Source of the DNA: an uncultured Gammaproteobacteria bacterium
Lineage (GTDB): Bacteria > Patescibacteriota > Patescibacteriia > UBA11705
Assembly: GCA_964413735.1 (NCBI GenBank)
Contig: CAYPSS010000003.1
Location: 106,626-170,625 of the forward strand
Direction: 5' to 3'
DNA length: 64,000 nucleotides
The notes beneath the pieces are model-generated. The model was not told the DNA's origin. It ran no database searches and saw only the letters and a program-made list of their open reading frames with translations. Positions 25,124 through 35,340 of this stretch are shown here, piece after piece. The position numbers were made by a program, and so were the translations under genes. Each line of letters begins with the position of its first letter. The first letter of the stretch is position 1.

Positions 25124-25450
25124 ATTGCAGAAGAAAAATTAATAGGTTTTTGTTTTGATATTTATGGTGCTGTCGGGGCTGGTATGATGGAAAAGTATTA
25201 TGAAAATTGTTTGGAGCTTTTGTTAAGAGAAAGTCATATTCAATATGAAAGACAAAAATCAGTACCCATGAAATTTCACAATAAAATAGTTGGTTGGTAA
25301 AAATTAGATTTTTTGATGGAGAGGCGTATTGTTGTTGAGTTAAAAATCGGGAATTATTTAAGTAAGGCGGTGTTTAATCAAGTAATGGATTATTTAAAAG
25401 AAAGTAATTTAAAGTTGGGCTTAATAATATTGTTTTCAACAAGAGGTTAG
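25124..25450 (+). pseudogene. GxxExxY-family (PD-(D/E)xK-like) gene remnant: no start codon and an in-frame TAA
   Basis: Translation IGFCFDIYGAVGAGMMEKYYENCLE...IVGW*KLDFLMERRIVVELKIGNY...KLGLIILFSTRG matches the GxxExxY family. Begins right after a TAA without ATG. In-frame TAA at 25298-25300. Confidence 0.6.
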
Positions 25451-25561
25451 ACCCAGGCGAGTAGTAAATTTATAATTTTAAATTGGTATCTGCAAATCAG
25501 CAGGATCATTAATCTGTATCACCTTTATTGCATTTACTCCAAATTATGCTAAAATTTATAT

Positions 25562-25852
25562 ATGTTAGACAACAAACAAATTGAACATTTGGCGAAATTA
25601 GCCAAGCTGGACGTGACAGAAGAAGAAAAAAGCAAATACGCTGAACAAATATCAGCGGTTTTGGATTACTTTGAACAAATCAGATCTTTAGAAGTGCAAA
25701 ATATCAATGAATTGGAACATATAACCGGAATGGCAAATGTGGTGCGTTATGATGAAGAAAGGAATGTGTCTTTAACGGAAGATATTATGGATCAAGCACC
25801 GGAAATTTCCAATCAGCAATTTCGAGTTTCTGAAGTTTTTAATCGTGAATAA
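25562..25852 (+). CDS. gatC: Asp/Glu-tRNA amidotransferase subunit C
   Basis: 96 aa, conserved LAKLAKL...EEE N-terminus, directly upstream of gatA. Promoter-like ttgcat/tgctaaaat upstream. Confidence 0.8.
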   Translation: MLDNKQIEHLAKLAKLDVTEEEKSKYAEQISAVLDYFEQIRSLEVQNINELEHITGMANVVRYDEERNVSLTEDIMDQAPEISNQQFRVSEVFNRE

Positions 25853-25854
25853 TT

Positions 25855-27288
25855 ATGAAAAATTTGCAACAGATCAAAACCATAAAACAGGTGCAACAAG
25901 GCTTATTGAAGCATGATTTTAGCGCCCAAGAATTGGTGCGTTATTATTTGAATCGAATTGAAAAACGTAATCCGGAAATAAATTCTTTTATTACCATATT
26001 TCGTGAGTCAGCATTGCAAAAAGCCAAAGATGTGGATGAAAAAATCAAGCGAAATGAAAAGTTATTACTTCTTGATGGAGTGCCGATAGCTATAAAAGAT
26101 AATTTACTATTAGCTGGTGAGTTAACTACCGCTGGATCAAAAATATTAAGCAATTATCGCGCGCCTTATACAGCCACCGCGGTTCAACGGTTGATTGGGG
26201 CCGGGGCCATTATTTTAGGTAAAACCAATATGGATGAATTCGCTATGGGTGGTTCGGGCGAAACCTCTAATTTCGGGGTGACAAAAAATCCGCTTGACTT
26301 GAATAAAGTTCCTGGTGGTTCATCATCAGGATCCGCCGCGGCAGTGGCTGATGGTCAATGTGTAGTGGCGATCGGTTCAGATACCGGTGGTTCAATTCGT
26401 CAACCGGCCGGATTTTGCGGTTTAGTTGGTTTTAAGCCAACTTACGGCACGATTTCTCGTTATGGCTTGATTGCGATGGCTTCCAGTTTTGATCAAATCG
26501 GACCATTGACCAATTCCGTGGAAGATTCCTCTTTATTGACGGAGATAATGAGTGGCCAAGATCAATATGATTCCACCGTGGCAAAAATCAATACTCGTTT
26601 TTCAGTTGTTAAAAAACAAAATATAAAAGGGAAAAAAATCGGTTTGCCCAAAGAATTTTTTTCTACCGGTGTAGATCGTCAGGTGGAATATGCGGTATTA
26701 AGTGCGGTGGATGAATTGCAGCGAGCTGGCGCGCAAATTCAGGAAGTCAGTTTACCGAATACAGCTTATGCTTTGGCGGTATATTATATTTTAATGCCGG
26801 CGGAAGTGTCATCCAATTTGGCGCGATTTGACGGGGTGCGTTATGGTTATCGAGCTTCGGCTTCAAATTTGGAGGAAATGTATCTAAAAACCAGGTCTCA
26901 AGGATTTGGTGATGAAGTGAAAAGACGTATTATGCTTGGAACTTATGTTTTGTCCTCCGGTTATAGTGATGAATATTACAAACGAGCCTTGAAGATTCGC
27001 AATTTGATTGTTAATGATTTTCGTCAAGTTTTCCAAACGGTTGATTATTTGATAACGCCCACTACGCCGGACGTGGCTTTTAATTTGAATGAAAAAACCG
27101 CTGATCCTCTTACTATGTACTTAACTGATATTTTTACCGTTTCCGCCAATGTCGCCGGATTACCGGCAATTTCCATTCCTTGCGGGAAAAAAGAAAATCT
27201 GCCTATTGGGTTGCAAATTATGGGGCCACATTTTTCTGATCATGATATTTTGCAATTGGCAGATAATCTAAATGATTTGCTAAAATAA
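25855..27288 (+). CDS. gatA: Asp/Glu-tRNA amidotransferase subunit A
   Basis: Amidase signature GGSSGGSAAAVA and Ser-cisSer-Lys triad context. Confidence 0.9.
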   Translation: MKNLQQIKTIKQVQQGLLKHDFSAQELVRYYLNRIEKRNPEINSFITIFRESALQKAKDVDEKIKRNEKLLLLDGVPIAIKDNLLLAGELTTAGSKILSNYRAPYTATAVQRLIGAGAIILGKTNMDEFAMGGSGETSNFGVTKNPLDLNKVPGGSSSGSAAAVADGQCVVAIGSDTGGSIRQPAGFCGLVGFKPTYGTISRYGLIAMASSFDQIGPLTNSVEDSSLLTEIMSGQDQYDSTVAKINTRFSVVKKQNIKGKKIGLPKEFFSTGVDRQVEYAVLSAVDELQRAGAQIQEVSLPNTAYALAVYYILMPAEVSSNLARFDGVRYGYRASASNLEEMYLKTRSQGFGDEVKRRIMLGTYVLSSGYSDEYYKRALKIRNLIVNDFRQVFQTVDYLITPTTPDVAFNLNEKTADPLTMYLTDIFTVSANVAGLPAISIPCGKKENLPIGLQIMGPHFSDHDILQLADNLNDLLK

Positions 27289-27291
27289 TTT

Positions 27292-28239
27292 ATGAAAAAA
27301 ATTCTGATTGGTGTTTTTTCCATTCTATTATTTTTACCTTTATTTTGTGTCCAGGGACAGACTTTTAATTTTGATTTGGGTTTGCAAAAAGAAGATATTT
27401 CGTTTTCTTGGCAAACTGGTGATTTGGTCAGTGGTGAAAAAGTTGAGGCGTCAATTGTTATTCATAATTATGGTAATTTTGATGTAAGTACGAGACCGGT
27501 TGTTTTATTAAATGATCAGCTTTTAATTGAAATACCTAATATTTTGGTGAAAGCGGTTGATAAAAGTCGAGGTGTTTTTTTTGATTTTATTGCTCCGGAT
27601 AATGATTTTCGTTTAACGGTTCAATTAACTGCCATGAATCCGGGTGATCAAAATTTATTAAATAATAAAGTCAGTGTTGATTATTCCGTGAAATCGCCGC
27701 CTATTGTTGATACCCGGTTGTCAGTCACGGAAAAAAGTGAATCTGAGTTATTGCCGGTGAATAATTTGACTGTTTCTAATAAAGAACAATCTATAACAAT
27801 TACCCCGCCCGATTATTTATCACTAAATGGAGAATTTGTTGATTCTTTTGATGAAGTGGTTGAGGCCACTGATGCAGATGTTGTTTTACAAGCCGGAGAG
27901 GTTCCGTCGGGATTAAAAATCGTAGCGCGAACTTTGAAGTGGGGAGTGTTTGATTTTTCATATAAATCGAATGATTTAACAATTGATGAAAAAACAGCTC
28001 AAATTAAATGGGATTTTGGTGATGGTAATACAGCCACCGCCAATGGGGTTTATGAGTATCAAGCTCCGGGTGCCTATTATGTTAAGTTAAAGGTAGTTGG
28101 TCGTGACGCCAATACTCATACGGCGGTGGAAACGGTCATTGTGCCATTTTGGTCAATTTATAATATATATTTTTGGGGGTTGGTAATTTTTGTCGTTGTT
28201 GTCTTACTGGCTTTATTTTTAATCTTAAAGAAAAAATAA
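27292..28239 (+). CDS. Secreted PKD-domain protein with C-terminal TM anchor
   Basis: Signal peptide. WDFGDGNTATANGVYEYQAPGAYYVKLKV PKD-like motif. C-terminal hydrophobic helix. Confidence 0.55.
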   Translation: MKKILIGVFSILLFLPLFCVQGQTFNFDLGLQKEDISFSWQTGDLVSGEKVEASIVIHNYGNFDVSTRPVVLLNDQLLIEIPNILVKAVDKSRGVFFDFIAPDNDFRLTVQLTAMNPGDQNLLNNKVSVDYSVKSPPIVDTRLSVTEKSESELLPVNNLTVSNKEQSITITPPDYLSLNGEFVDSFDEVVEATDADVVLQAGEVPSGLKIVARTLKWGVFDFSYKSNDLTIDEKTAQIKWDFGDGNTATANGVYEYQAPGAYYVKLKVVGRDANTHTAVETVIVPFWSIYNIYFWGLVIFVVVVLLALFLILKKK

Positions 28240-28241
28240 TT

Positions 28242-28784
28242 GTGCGATTGATAAAATTTTTTATAATTTTAATGCTCTTTGGTCTGGCTATCGGTGTTCA
28301 AGCTCAACAATCAGCTGTGGGTTTTGAACCAAGCACCCAAGCAGTTTTGCGTTATCAGAAAATTGATTGGCAAACGTATGAGTTTTTTGTTGATTTGAAT
28401 CATGATGAAATTTTGATTGATCGTTATGAGTGGCGGGTTGATCAAAAAGATGTTTATTATACTCCGACACTGCGTTATTTTTTTGAACCGGGGCAACACA
28501 AAATCGCCGTAACGGTCACCGATGAATTGGGCAATCGAAAATTTGATTCTTTGGATCTGCAGATAAGTTTTTGGACTTTGCATAATAATTATTTGTTGTG
28601 GGGATTGTATGGTTTGATTGTTTTGTTAATTCTTTATTATTGGGTGGTGAAATTGATTTATTTGTTTAATCGACGAAAAATCAGTCGTCAGGCCAATGAA
28701 TTTTTGGAAATTTTGGATACGCATGGTTTTGTGGAACAAATGGTGGAGAATATTATTAAAAAAAATAATAATAAAAAAATATGA
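28242..28784 (+). CDS. Secreted Ig/PKD-like protein with C-terminal TM anchor (GTG start)
   Basis: GTG at 28242 after the upstream TAA. Signal peptide (FIILMLFGLAIGVQAQQ). C-terminal TM. Confidence 0.5.
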   Translation: MRLIKFFIILMLFGLAIGVQAQQSAVGFEPSTQAVLRYQKIDWQTYEFFVDLNHDEILIDRYEWRVDQKDVYYTPTLRYFFEPGQHKIAVTVTDELGNRKFDSLDLQISFWTLHNNYLLWGLYGLIVLLILYYWVVKLIYLFNRRKISRQANEFLEILDTHGFVEQMVENIIKKNNNKKI

Positions 28785-29131
28785 TGTTAATTTTACGGTG
28801 GTTAATTAATGCCCTTGCGATTTATGGTATCGCGCAATATTTCCCCGGAGTGACGGTGGGAAGTTTTTACACCGCTTTAATTGTGGTGATTGTTTTTGGT
28901 TTGGTAAGTGCAATAATCGGTGGGTTTTTGAAATTGCTTACTTTGCCGATTAACTTGTTGACTTTGGGTCTTGGGTGTCTGTTTATCAATGGACTCATGT
29001 TTTGGTTGACCAGTACGATTGTCAAAGGATTTGATGTGAGTGGTTTTTGGCCGGCATTTTGGGCGGCGGTGGTTTATTCTATAATCACTACTTTTAGTGG
29101 CTGGATTTTGAAATCTAATAAAAAGAGATAA
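28781..29131 (+). CDS. DUF360 / Phage_holin_4_2 (YvlD-like) four-TM membrane protein
   Basis: 116 aa with the family-typical layout LINALAIYGIAQYFPGVTV...LPINLLTLGLGCLFINGLMFWLTS...GFWPAFWAAVV. ATGA overlap with the upstream gene. Confidence 0.6.
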   Translation: MMLILRWLINALAIYGIAQYFPGVTVGSFYTALIVVIVFGLVSAIIGGFLKLLTLPINLLTLGLGCLFINGLMFWLTSTIVKGFDVSGFWPAFWAAVVYSIITTFSGWILKSNKKR

Positions 29132-29181
29132 AATTTATAGTATTCCTTGGATGTTTTAATTGAAAATCATAATATATAAAT

Positions 29182-30075
29182 ATGAGTTTTGAACAATCCA
29201 GTGAAACACAGGATAAGAAAAATTATTTTCAAGAAATGTTGGTTCATTATTTGTCGATAATTGCGGGGTATCCAACGCGAGCGGATGAGATAATTAGAGA
29301 TGCAATGAATAAAGGGATAAACTTGAATCTCAAAAAAGCTGTTTTGGAAGCATTGGAAATTTCTGGTAAAAATGGTGATAGTGATAGTTTTTTGAGTATT
29401 TTAGAGTTTTCTGAAAATAATGGTTTAGATATTGATTTTTCAAATGAAAACATTCAGTCTATTTTTAATGATTGTGCTAAAAATATTTTGATGCATAATG
29501 ATTCATGGGAGTTTGATCAATGGATGAAGCAAATCAAGCGAAGAAATATTCAAATAGATTTACCATATGTATTCAAAATGGCAATTGTTCAGTTTGCTGA
29601 ATTAGGGAAAGGACAAAAGGCAAAAAGCATTAATCGTAAAAGAGAAAAAGAAAAGATTGATGTTGGGAAATATTTAGAAGAAATTCATCGAGCGATTATG
29701 GCGGGAGTTATAATTTCTTTTCAAAAAGGGGAAAAAGCCGGTAGTTCTTGGATGGTAAGTCTGGCCTCAGATTTTAATTTTGAAATTGATTATTCAAATC
29801 CTGAAATTCTTAAATCCATTGAGATTGGTTTACATCAATCATTAAAATCGATGAGACTTGGAATGGGTGGTGTGGATTATGCTGAACAAATGTTGAAATT
29901 TATTAAAAAAAACAAGTTAATGATTGATTTGAATAGCCCGGAAGTAGTTAATATTTGCAGATCTGTAATTTCTGAATTGGAAAAGTCTGATGTTGATTTC
30001 CCTCAAGAAATTAAACCTTTTTCGGCTTTAAGTCATGTTCTTGATTTATTGAAGCGATATAAAATTAAAATTTAG
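29182..30075 (+). CDS. Hypothetical soluble protein
   Basis: 297-aa ORF with no recognisable motif. Confidence 0.5.
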   Translation: MSFEQSSETQDKKNYFQEMLVHYLSIIAGYPTRADEIIRDAMNKGINLNLKKAVLEALEISGKNGDSDSFLSILEFSENNGLDIDFSNENIQSIFNDCAKNILMHNDSWEFDQWMKQIKRRNIQIDLPYVFKMAIVQFAELGKGQKAKSINRKREKEKIDVGKYLEEIHRAIMAGVIISFQKGEKAGSSWMVSLASDFNFEIDYSNPEILKSIEIGLHQSLKSMRLGMGGVDYAEQMLKFIKKNKLMIDLNSPEVVNICRSVISELEKSDVDFPQEIKPFSALSHVLDLLKRYKIKI

Positions 30076-30083
30076 TTTAATTT

Positions 30084-30776
30084 ATGTTGCGAAAATACCT
30101 TATTATATCAGTCGGTGGCTCAATTATTATTCCCAAAACCGGTTTTGATATTAATTTTTTGAAAAAATTTAAGCAATTGATTATTGATGGCACTAAGCAA
30201 GGTTATAAGTTTATTTTGGTGGTTGGTGGTGGGTCCACTTGTCGTCAGTATAATGAAGCATTAAAGCAAGTAGTGCCGGTAGCTACTTCAATTTTAGATT
30301 GGCAAGGTATCAAAATAACCAGAATAAACGCTGAACTGGTAAGAAATTTTTTTGGTAAATTGGCTTATCCGCAAATAATTGAAAATCCGCAAAAAAAAAT
30401 TAAAACTAATAGCAAAATTTTGCTTTCCGGAGGTTGGAAACCAGGTCGTTCTACTGATGATGTGGCGGTGCGTTTAGCAATTACTTATGGTGCAGATACG
30501 GTGATTAATTTGTCCAATATTGATTATGTATATGACAGTGATCCGCGTCAAAATCCTCAAGCCAAACCAATAAAAAACATTTCGTGGAACAATTTTCGCC
30601 AAAATATTTTGAAGTCTGATAAATGGATCCCCGGTGCAAATTTGCCTTTTGATCCCACGGCCAGTAAGAATGCGCAAAAAGCCGGTTTGCAAGTGATTTG
30701 TATGAATGGTAGAAAAATAGCTTATTTGAAACAATATTTGGAAAAAGGTAAAATTTGCGGAACATTGATATCATGA
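30084..30776 (+). CDS. pyrH: Amino-acid-kinase-family protein, likely archaeal-type UMP kinase
   Basis: ISVGGS N-terminal P-loop-like motif and LVVGGGS motif. About 230 aa, as for archaeal-type UMP kinases. Assignment tentative. Confidence 0.5.
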   Translation: MLRKYLIISVGGSIIIPKTGFDINFLKKFKQLIIDGTKQGYKFILVVGGGSTCRQYNEALKQVVPVATSILDWQGIKITRINAELVRNFFGKLAYPQIIENPQKKIKTNSKILLSGGWKPGRSTDDVAVRLAITYGADTVINLSNIDYVYDSDPRQNPQAKPIKNISWNNFRQNILKSDKWIPGANLPFDPTASKNAQKAGLQVICMNGRKIAYLKQYLEKGKICGTLIS

Positions 30777-31321
30777 ATTTTATGAAAGTATTATTACATA
30801 TTTGTTGTGCGCCTTGTGGTGCTTATATTATTCAAGAATTGAAAAAACAATTTGAAGAAGTGATAGCTTATTTTTATAATCCTAATATTTTTCCTGAAGA
30901 AGAATATGAACATCGATACGGAGAAGTGAAACGCTATTGTGATTTGCAAAAAGTTGAATTAATCAAAGGGGTTTATGAACATGACCATTGGCAAGAACAT
31001 ATTAAAGGTTTGGAATTGGAACCGGAAAAAGGCAAGCGTTGTGAAAAGTGCTTTACCTTGCGATTATCAGAAGTAGCGCAAAAAGCTTTTGAAGTAGGTT
31101 GTTCACATTTTGCCACAACTTTGACTATGGGCCGACAAAAACCGGCATCAATGATCAATGAAATCGGGCATGAAGTTGGGCAAGTTTATGGAGTAGAATT
31201 TATTGATCGAGTGTGGCGTCAAGGTGGTGGGCAGGAACTTGGCAAACAAATTTCCGATGAATGTCAATTTCATCGTCAAGATTATTGTGGTTGTGAGTAT
31301 TCAATACGATCCGAAAAATAA
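30773..31321 (+). CDS. queH: Epoxyqueuosine reductase QueH (DUF208)
   Basis: Hallmark LLHICCAPC motif and further conserved Cys. ATG overlaps the upstream TGA. Confidence 0.7.
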   Translation: MNFMKVLLHICCAPCGAYIIQELKKQFEEVIAYFYNPNIFPEEEYEHRYGEVKRYCDLQKVELIKGVYEHDHWQEHIKGLELEPEKGKRCEKCFTLRLSEVAQKAFEVGCSHFATTLTMGRQKPASMINEIGHEVGQVYGVEFIDRVWRQGGGQELGKQISDECQFHRQDYCGCEYSIRSEK

Positions 31322-31420
31322 AAAGACTCTCGTGTGACGCGGGTTTTTTTGTTTGAAATAAGTATTTCTTGCGGGGATAAATAATTTCATTTTTATGGTA
31401 AATTATGGTAAAATGTTTTT

Positions 31421-33394
31421 ATGAAAATTGATTATCAGGCTGAATTAAATCAAGAACAGTATCAAGTGGTCACTCAGGCGGAGGGGCCATGTTTGGTCTT
31501 GGCCGGGGCCGGATCAGGGAAAACCCGAACTTTGGTGTATCGAGTGGCTTATTTATTGGAACGGGGAATAAAGCCGGAAAATATTTTACTGGTTACTTTT
31601 ACCAACAAAGCAGCTAAGGAAATGATCGGACGAGTTCGTAGTTTGCTTGGTTTTGAACCGCAGGGGTTAAATGCGGGTACTTTTCATCATATTGCCAATT
31701 TATTATTGCGTCATTATGCTGATCGATTGGGTTATAATCGTAACTTCACCATTATTGATCAAGATGACAGTATTGATATTATCAAAGCGGTCATGCAAAA
31801 TCTGAATTTAAATGTTAAGGGACAAAATTTCCCCAAACCCAATGTGGTTCAGTCGGTAATTTCTTTTGCGCGAAATTCCAATGAGCCGATAAGTGAAGTG
31901 GCCGGCTTAATTTACGGATATCCTGATTTTATCGCCGAATCCATGGAACGAATCGCTTTTGATTATCAAGAAAAAAAACTCAAGGCTAATGCCATGGATT
32001 TTGATGATTTGCTCGTTAATTGGTTGCGTTTGTTGCGAGAGCATTTGGATGTAGCTGATCATCTGTCAGATAAGTTTAAATATATTTTAGTTGATGAATA
32101 TCAGGATACCAACTACATTCAAGCGGCGGTAATCAATGCGTTGGCCAAGGTGCACCAAAATGTTTTGGTGGTTGGTGATGATGCTCAGAGTATTTATAGT
32201 TTTCGCGCTGCGGATATTAATAATATATTGAATTTCCCGAAAAATTTTCCCAATACCAAAACTTTTCATATAGAAACCAATTATCGTTCCACTCCGCAAA
32301 TTTTGGCTTTGGCCAATGACAGTATTAGTCATAATTTGGATAAATATGAAAAATCTTTGCGTCCTTATCGACGTGAAGGGGTAATGCCGATATTAATTCC
32401 GGCGCGTGATGTTTATCAACAAGCCGGCTTGATTGCCAATAAAATCATTGAATTAATGGACAAAAATGTTGCTTTGAAAAATATTGCGGTCTTGTTTCGG
32501 GCGGTTTATCATTCCGCGGAATTACAATTGGAGTTGGCGCGACGTAATATCCCGTTTATTGTGCGTGGGGGAATGCGCTACTTTGAACAAGCGCATATTA
32601 AGGACATTGTTTCATATTTGAAAATCGTGCAAAATATCAAGGATGAAATTGCCTGGAAAAGGGTTTTGCGATTGTATGATGGGATTGGTCCGGCTGGCGC
32701 CGAAAAAATTTGGCAACAAGTTTCTATTTGTGATAATTTTTCTGATTTATTTAATCAACCAATTAAATTATCCAGGGCGCGATTAATTAACAGCTGGAAC
32801 AAAATTTTGTTCACTTTTCAATTGTTGAATCAAATTGCTTGGGAGAAAAAAGGATCATTGGCTGAGGCGGTTTTGGTTGTTTTAGAACATGGTTATCGCG
32901 ATTATTTGAAAAATACATTTGATAATCACAAGGAGAGATTTGATGATGTTCAACAGTTTATTGATTTTGTGATGACTTATGAAAGTTTGGAAAAACTTTT
33001 ATCTGATGTGTTGTTGTCCGAACAGTTTGCTCACGATGCGGAAAAGGAAGTTAACTCCCTTGTTCTGTCTACTATTCATCAGGCTAAGGGGTTGGAATGG
33101 AATTATGTAATGCTCCTGAATTTGCGTGATGGGGATTTCCCCCATTACAAATCCTTAGAAAATAAAAAGGAAGTAGAGGAAGAACGCCGATTGTTCTATG
33201 TGGCGATTACCAGAGCTAAGGATGAACTTTATTTGTTTTATCCGATACGAAAAAACACTTTTCAATATGGCGAAATGACGGGCGGGCCCAGTTTGTTTAT
33301 AAAAGAGGTAAATGAAAAGTATTTGGCTATTAAAAGACAGCATAATTTCCTTGATTTTGGCAATGAAGAAGATCAAGTGATATACTATGATTAG
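31421..33394 (+). CDS. pcrA: UvrD/PcrA/Rep-family ATP-dependent DNA helicase
   Basis: Walker A AGAGSGKT, DEYQDTN (motif II), conserved C-terminal helicase motifs (VLSTIHQAKGLEW, YVAITRAK). Confidence 0.9.
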   Translation: MKIDYQAELNQEQYQVVTQAEGPCLVLAGAGSGKTRTLVYRVAYLLERGIKPENILLVTFTNKAAKEMIGRVRSLLGFEPQGLNAGTFHHIANLLLRHYADRLGYNRNFTIIDQDDSIDIIKAVMQNLNLNVKGQNFPKPNVVQSVISFARNSNEPISEVAGLIYGYPDFIAESMERIAFDYQEKKLKANAMDFDDLLVNWLRLLREHLDVADHLSDKFKYILVDEYQDTNYIQAAVINALAKVHQNVLVVGDDAQSIYSFRAADINNILNFPKNFPNTKTFHIETNYRSTPQILALANDSISHNLDKYEKSLRPYRREGVMPILIPARDVYQQAGLIANKIIELMDKNVALKNIAVLFRAVYHSAELQLELARRNIPFIVRGGMRYFEQAHIKDIVSYLKIVQNIKDEIAWKRVLRLYDGIGPAGAEKIWQQVSICDNFSDLFNQPIKLSRARLINSWNKILFTFQLLNQIAWEKKGSLAEAVLVVLEHGYRDYLKNTFDNHKERFDDVQQFIDFVMTYESLEKLLSDVLLSEQFAHDAEKEVNSLVLSTIHQAKGLEWNYVMLLNLRDGDFPHYKSLENKKEVEEERRLFYVAITRAKDELYLFYPIRKNTFQYGEMTGGPSLFIKEVNEKYLAIKRQHNFLDFGNEEDQVIYYD

Positions 33395-33412
33395 AAAAAT
33401 ATAAAGAATAAT

Positions 33413-34387
33413 ATGCCCGAACTATTTTCCCAAAAATTAAGAGCCAATTTCACCCCTGAACAGCAGGATTATTATTTGCTATTGGTAAATGAATTAAAAG
33501 AACTTTTGAATGGTCAAACGCAAGAGGAAGTACTTGCCAGTGGCGATCCGGAAATTATCCAACAAATTTTGAAGATCAAGCAAGAAATGCTTAATTTTGT
33601 GTTAACCAAGAAAACTAGGGAAATGACTAGGCAAGAGGAGAAAGCAAAATTAGAGCAAGAAAAACGATCAATTAGTTTAGATGAAATTGAAAGAAAACAA
33701 AAGGCGGGTGAAGAATTAACTGATAATGAATTGAAGTTTTTGTATCGGATTGATGGACTTGGTTTGTCTTTTTCATCTAGTAATGAAGATAAAAAACGAG
33801 TAGAAGATATTATAAATCAACGAAATATTAAGGAAGATGTTTCTTATGTTTTAGGTTGTTCAGAAGATCAAGTGAGTTTAACAACACAAGAGTTTTTAGC
33901 TGGGACAGACATTGTTTATCATTTTGGATTTCTTGATTTAGAAAGGATAACAAGCACTAAAGGATTACAATTACCGCAAAGTATTGGTGGAGGTCTTAAT
34001 TTAAGCCGTCTAACGAGCGCTGAAGGTTTACAATTACCGCAAAGTATTGGTGGAGGTCTTTATTTAGGCAGTTTAACGAGCGCTGAAGGATTACAATTAC
34101 CACAAAGTATTGATGGGGGTCTTTATTTAGGCAGTCTAACAAGCGCTGAAGGTTTACAATTACCGCAAAGTATTGGAGGAGATCTTGATTTAGAAAGGAT
34201 AACAAGCGCTAAAGGATTACAATTACCTCAAAGTATTGGAGGAAGTCTTTATTTAATGAATCTAAGGAGCGCTGAAGGATTAGAAATTCCCCTGGGTGTT
34301 AAATCGATTTATTTTGAAAAAATGTCAGATTATGAAATTGAAAAATTAAAGAAAAAATTTCCGCATATAAAGGTGAATAAAATATAA
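33413..34387 (+). CDS. Paralog 1 of a tandem family: conserved N-terminus, coiled coil, LRR-like 21-aa repeat core (5.5 tandem copies), conserved C-terminus
   Basis: MPELFSQKLRANFTPEQQDYYL...LTDNELKFLYRIDG, then repeats TSAEGLQLPQSIGGGLYLGSL, C-terminus KKFPHIKVNK. Confidence 0.6.
   Translation: MPELFSQKLRANFTPEQQDYYLLLVNELKELLNGQTQEEVLASGDPEIIQQILKIKQEMLNFVLTKKTREMTRQEEKAKLEQEKRSISLDEIERKQKAGEELTDNELKFLYRIDGLGLSFSSSNEDKKRVEDIINQRNIKEDVSYVLGCSEDQVSLTTQEFLAGTDIVYHFGFLDLERITSTKGLQLPQSIGGGLNLSRLTSAEGLQLPQSIGGGLYLGSLTSAEGLQLPQSIDGGLYLGSLTSAEGLQLPQSIGGDLDLERITSAKGLQLPQSIGGSLYLMNLRSAEGLEIPLGVKSIYFEKMSDYEIEKLKKKFPHIKVNKI
33928..34292 (+). repeat. In-frame 63-bp tandem repeat (about 5.5 copies) inside paralog 1
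   Basis: Near-identical units with single-nucleotide variants (e.g. aagcgctgaaggtttacaattaccgcaaagtattggaggagatcttgatttagaaaggataac). Confidence 0.8.
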
Positions 34388-34388
34388 T

Positions 34389-35336
34389 ATGCCCGAACTA
34401 TTTTCTCAAAAATTAAAAGCCAACTTCACCCCTGAACAGCAGGATTATTACTTGCAATTGGAAAATGAATTAAAAGAACTTTTAGGCGGTCAAACGCAGG
34501 AGGAAGTACTGGCTGGTGGTGATCCGGAAATTATCCAAAAAATTTTGGAGATAAAGCAGGAAATGCTTAATTTTGTGTTAACCAAGAAGACCAGGGAAAT
34601 GGTGAAACAAGAAGAAAAAGAACAAGAAGAAAGAATATTGAGACAAAGAGAAAAAGAATTAGAAAAAGAAAGACAAGCAGTAAGTTTAGATGAAATAGAA
34701 AGAAAGCAAAAGGCGGGAGTAAGATTGACTGATAATGAACTAAAGTTTTTATATCGGATTGATGGATTTGGATTATCTTCTATTTCTTCTGCTCATGAGC
34801 GTGCTTTGGCAACTCGAATAATTGAAAATAGAGATATAAAACAAGATATAATTCAAGTTTTAAATTGTAAAGATTATCAAGTTAGATCTTCGGTATTGAA
34901 TTATGCAAGAGATGAAGATATTGAATATTGTTTTGAAAGTTTGTATTTAGCGCATATAGGTTCCGGGCAAGGTTTGTATTTGCCAAAAAGAATCAAGGGA
35001 AATTTGGATTTAGGTGGGATTATAAATCCTCAAGGTTTAAAATTACCGGAAAGTGTTGGCGGTGTTCTTGACCTTAGGAAATTAAATACTGTTGAAAACT
35101 TAAAATTACCCAAGTATATTAACTATGATTTACTTTTGGATGGAATTATCACTACTAAAGGATTGAAATTACCCATTTTTATTGGAGGAAAATTGTATTT
35201 ACGACGATTAAGAAAGGTTGATGAATTGGAAATTCCATTAGGAGTAAAAACTGTCGTATTTTCGCTAGGTGTTTCTGACGCTCAAGTGGAAAAAATTTCT
35301 AAAAAGTTTCCTCATGTTACTTTTGAACGAGAGTAA
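34389..35336 (+). CDS. Paralog 2 of the tandem family (divergent repeat core)
   Basis: Same N-terminus (MPELFSQKLKANFTPEQQDYYLQLENELKELLGG...) and the same C-terminal KKFPH motif. Middle has degenerate about 21-aa LKLP-type repeats. Confidence 0.6.
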   Translation: MPELFSQKLKANFTPEQQDYYLQLENELKELLGGQTQEEVLAGGDPEIIQKILEIKQEMLNFVLTKKTREMVKQEEKEQEERILRQREKELEKERQAVSLDEIERKQKAGVRLTDNELKFLYRIDGFGLSSISSAHERALATRIIENRDIKQDIIQVLNCKDYQVRSSVLNYARDEDIEYCFESLYLAHIGSGQGLYLPKRIKGNLDLGGIINPQGLKLPESVGGVLDLRKLNTVENLKLPKYINYDLLLDGIITTKGLKLPIFIGGKLYLRRLRKVDELEIPLGVKTVVFSLGVSDAQVEKISKKFPHVTFERE

Positions 35337-35340
35337 TCTT

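Noticed and set aside
31322-31350. Possible terminator after queH (gactctcgtgtgacgcggg+T7)
   Set aside because: A T-run is present but I could not find a convincing stem, so it is not reported as a feature.
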